A stretch of DNA of 58,306 nucleotides, the filler included, from Sphacelaria rigidula (taxonomy: Eukaryota), in the NCBI GenBank assembly GCA_964200075.2. It is 5 parts of 5 records of this genome, joined end to end, with 100 filler letters (N's around TTAATTAATTAA, not from the genome) between each part and the next. Parts side by side here need not be neighbours in the genome. Positions count along the whole stretch, not along the records: positions 46,727 to 58,306 come from CAXNAA020004754.1; 4 more parts are not named here. One strand, 5' to 3'. A model generated the notes under the pieces. It worked only from the letters and a program-made list of their open reading frames with translations, was not told where the DNA came from and ran no database searches. This document shows, in pieces, positions 58,232-58,306 of the stretch (positions are counted from its first letter, which is position 1; every line of letters starts with the position of its first letter). The translations under genes were made by a program, and so were the position numbers.

Positions 58232-58306
58232 GGGGGGGGGTGTACTCATGATCATGCATGCCATAGTCATACGACTATTGACCTCGCATCCCTACAATGC
58301 CCGGAC
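58232..58306 (+). repeat. High-copy repeat at the contig end
   Basis: Same sequence as 23203-23264, with an inverted partial copy at 18627-18659. Confidence 0.85.

Overview
This is eukaryotic, repeat-rich nuclear DNA, most probably from a brown alga or another stramenopile (inferred from long GT-AG introns, a plastid-derived insert and the transposon types). The window is not one locus. It is five unrelated contigs of 11582, 11582, 11581, 11581 and 11580 bp, joined in descending length order by an artificial 100-bp spacer (44N-TTAATTAATTAA-44N). Four partial genes can be supported, using exon models built by hand from splice sites and reading-frame phase: a TLC-domain (TMEM56/TLCD4-like) gene; a USP10/UBP24-like deubiquitinase with an N-terminal FGSF motif; a divergently oriented first exon of an unknown gene; and a 5-exon candidate gene of unknown function. 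The USP intron 1 carries a plastid atpI fragment (NUPT). The remainder is two degenerate, internally deleted Ty3/gypsy elements, several MITE/foldback families (PIF/Harbinger-like, piggyBac-like, and a Ginger-like family carrying TTAGGG repeats), tRNA-derived SINE heads, minisatellites and microsatellites. I found no complete novel system. The best leads are a shared uncharacterised Tudor-like 'W..I...Y...L...Y...GSW.L' domain in two unrelated TE-like relics, the telomere-repeat-carrying MITE, and MITEs inserting into or beside the termini of other MITEs. No database searches were run, so family assignments rest on motif recognition.
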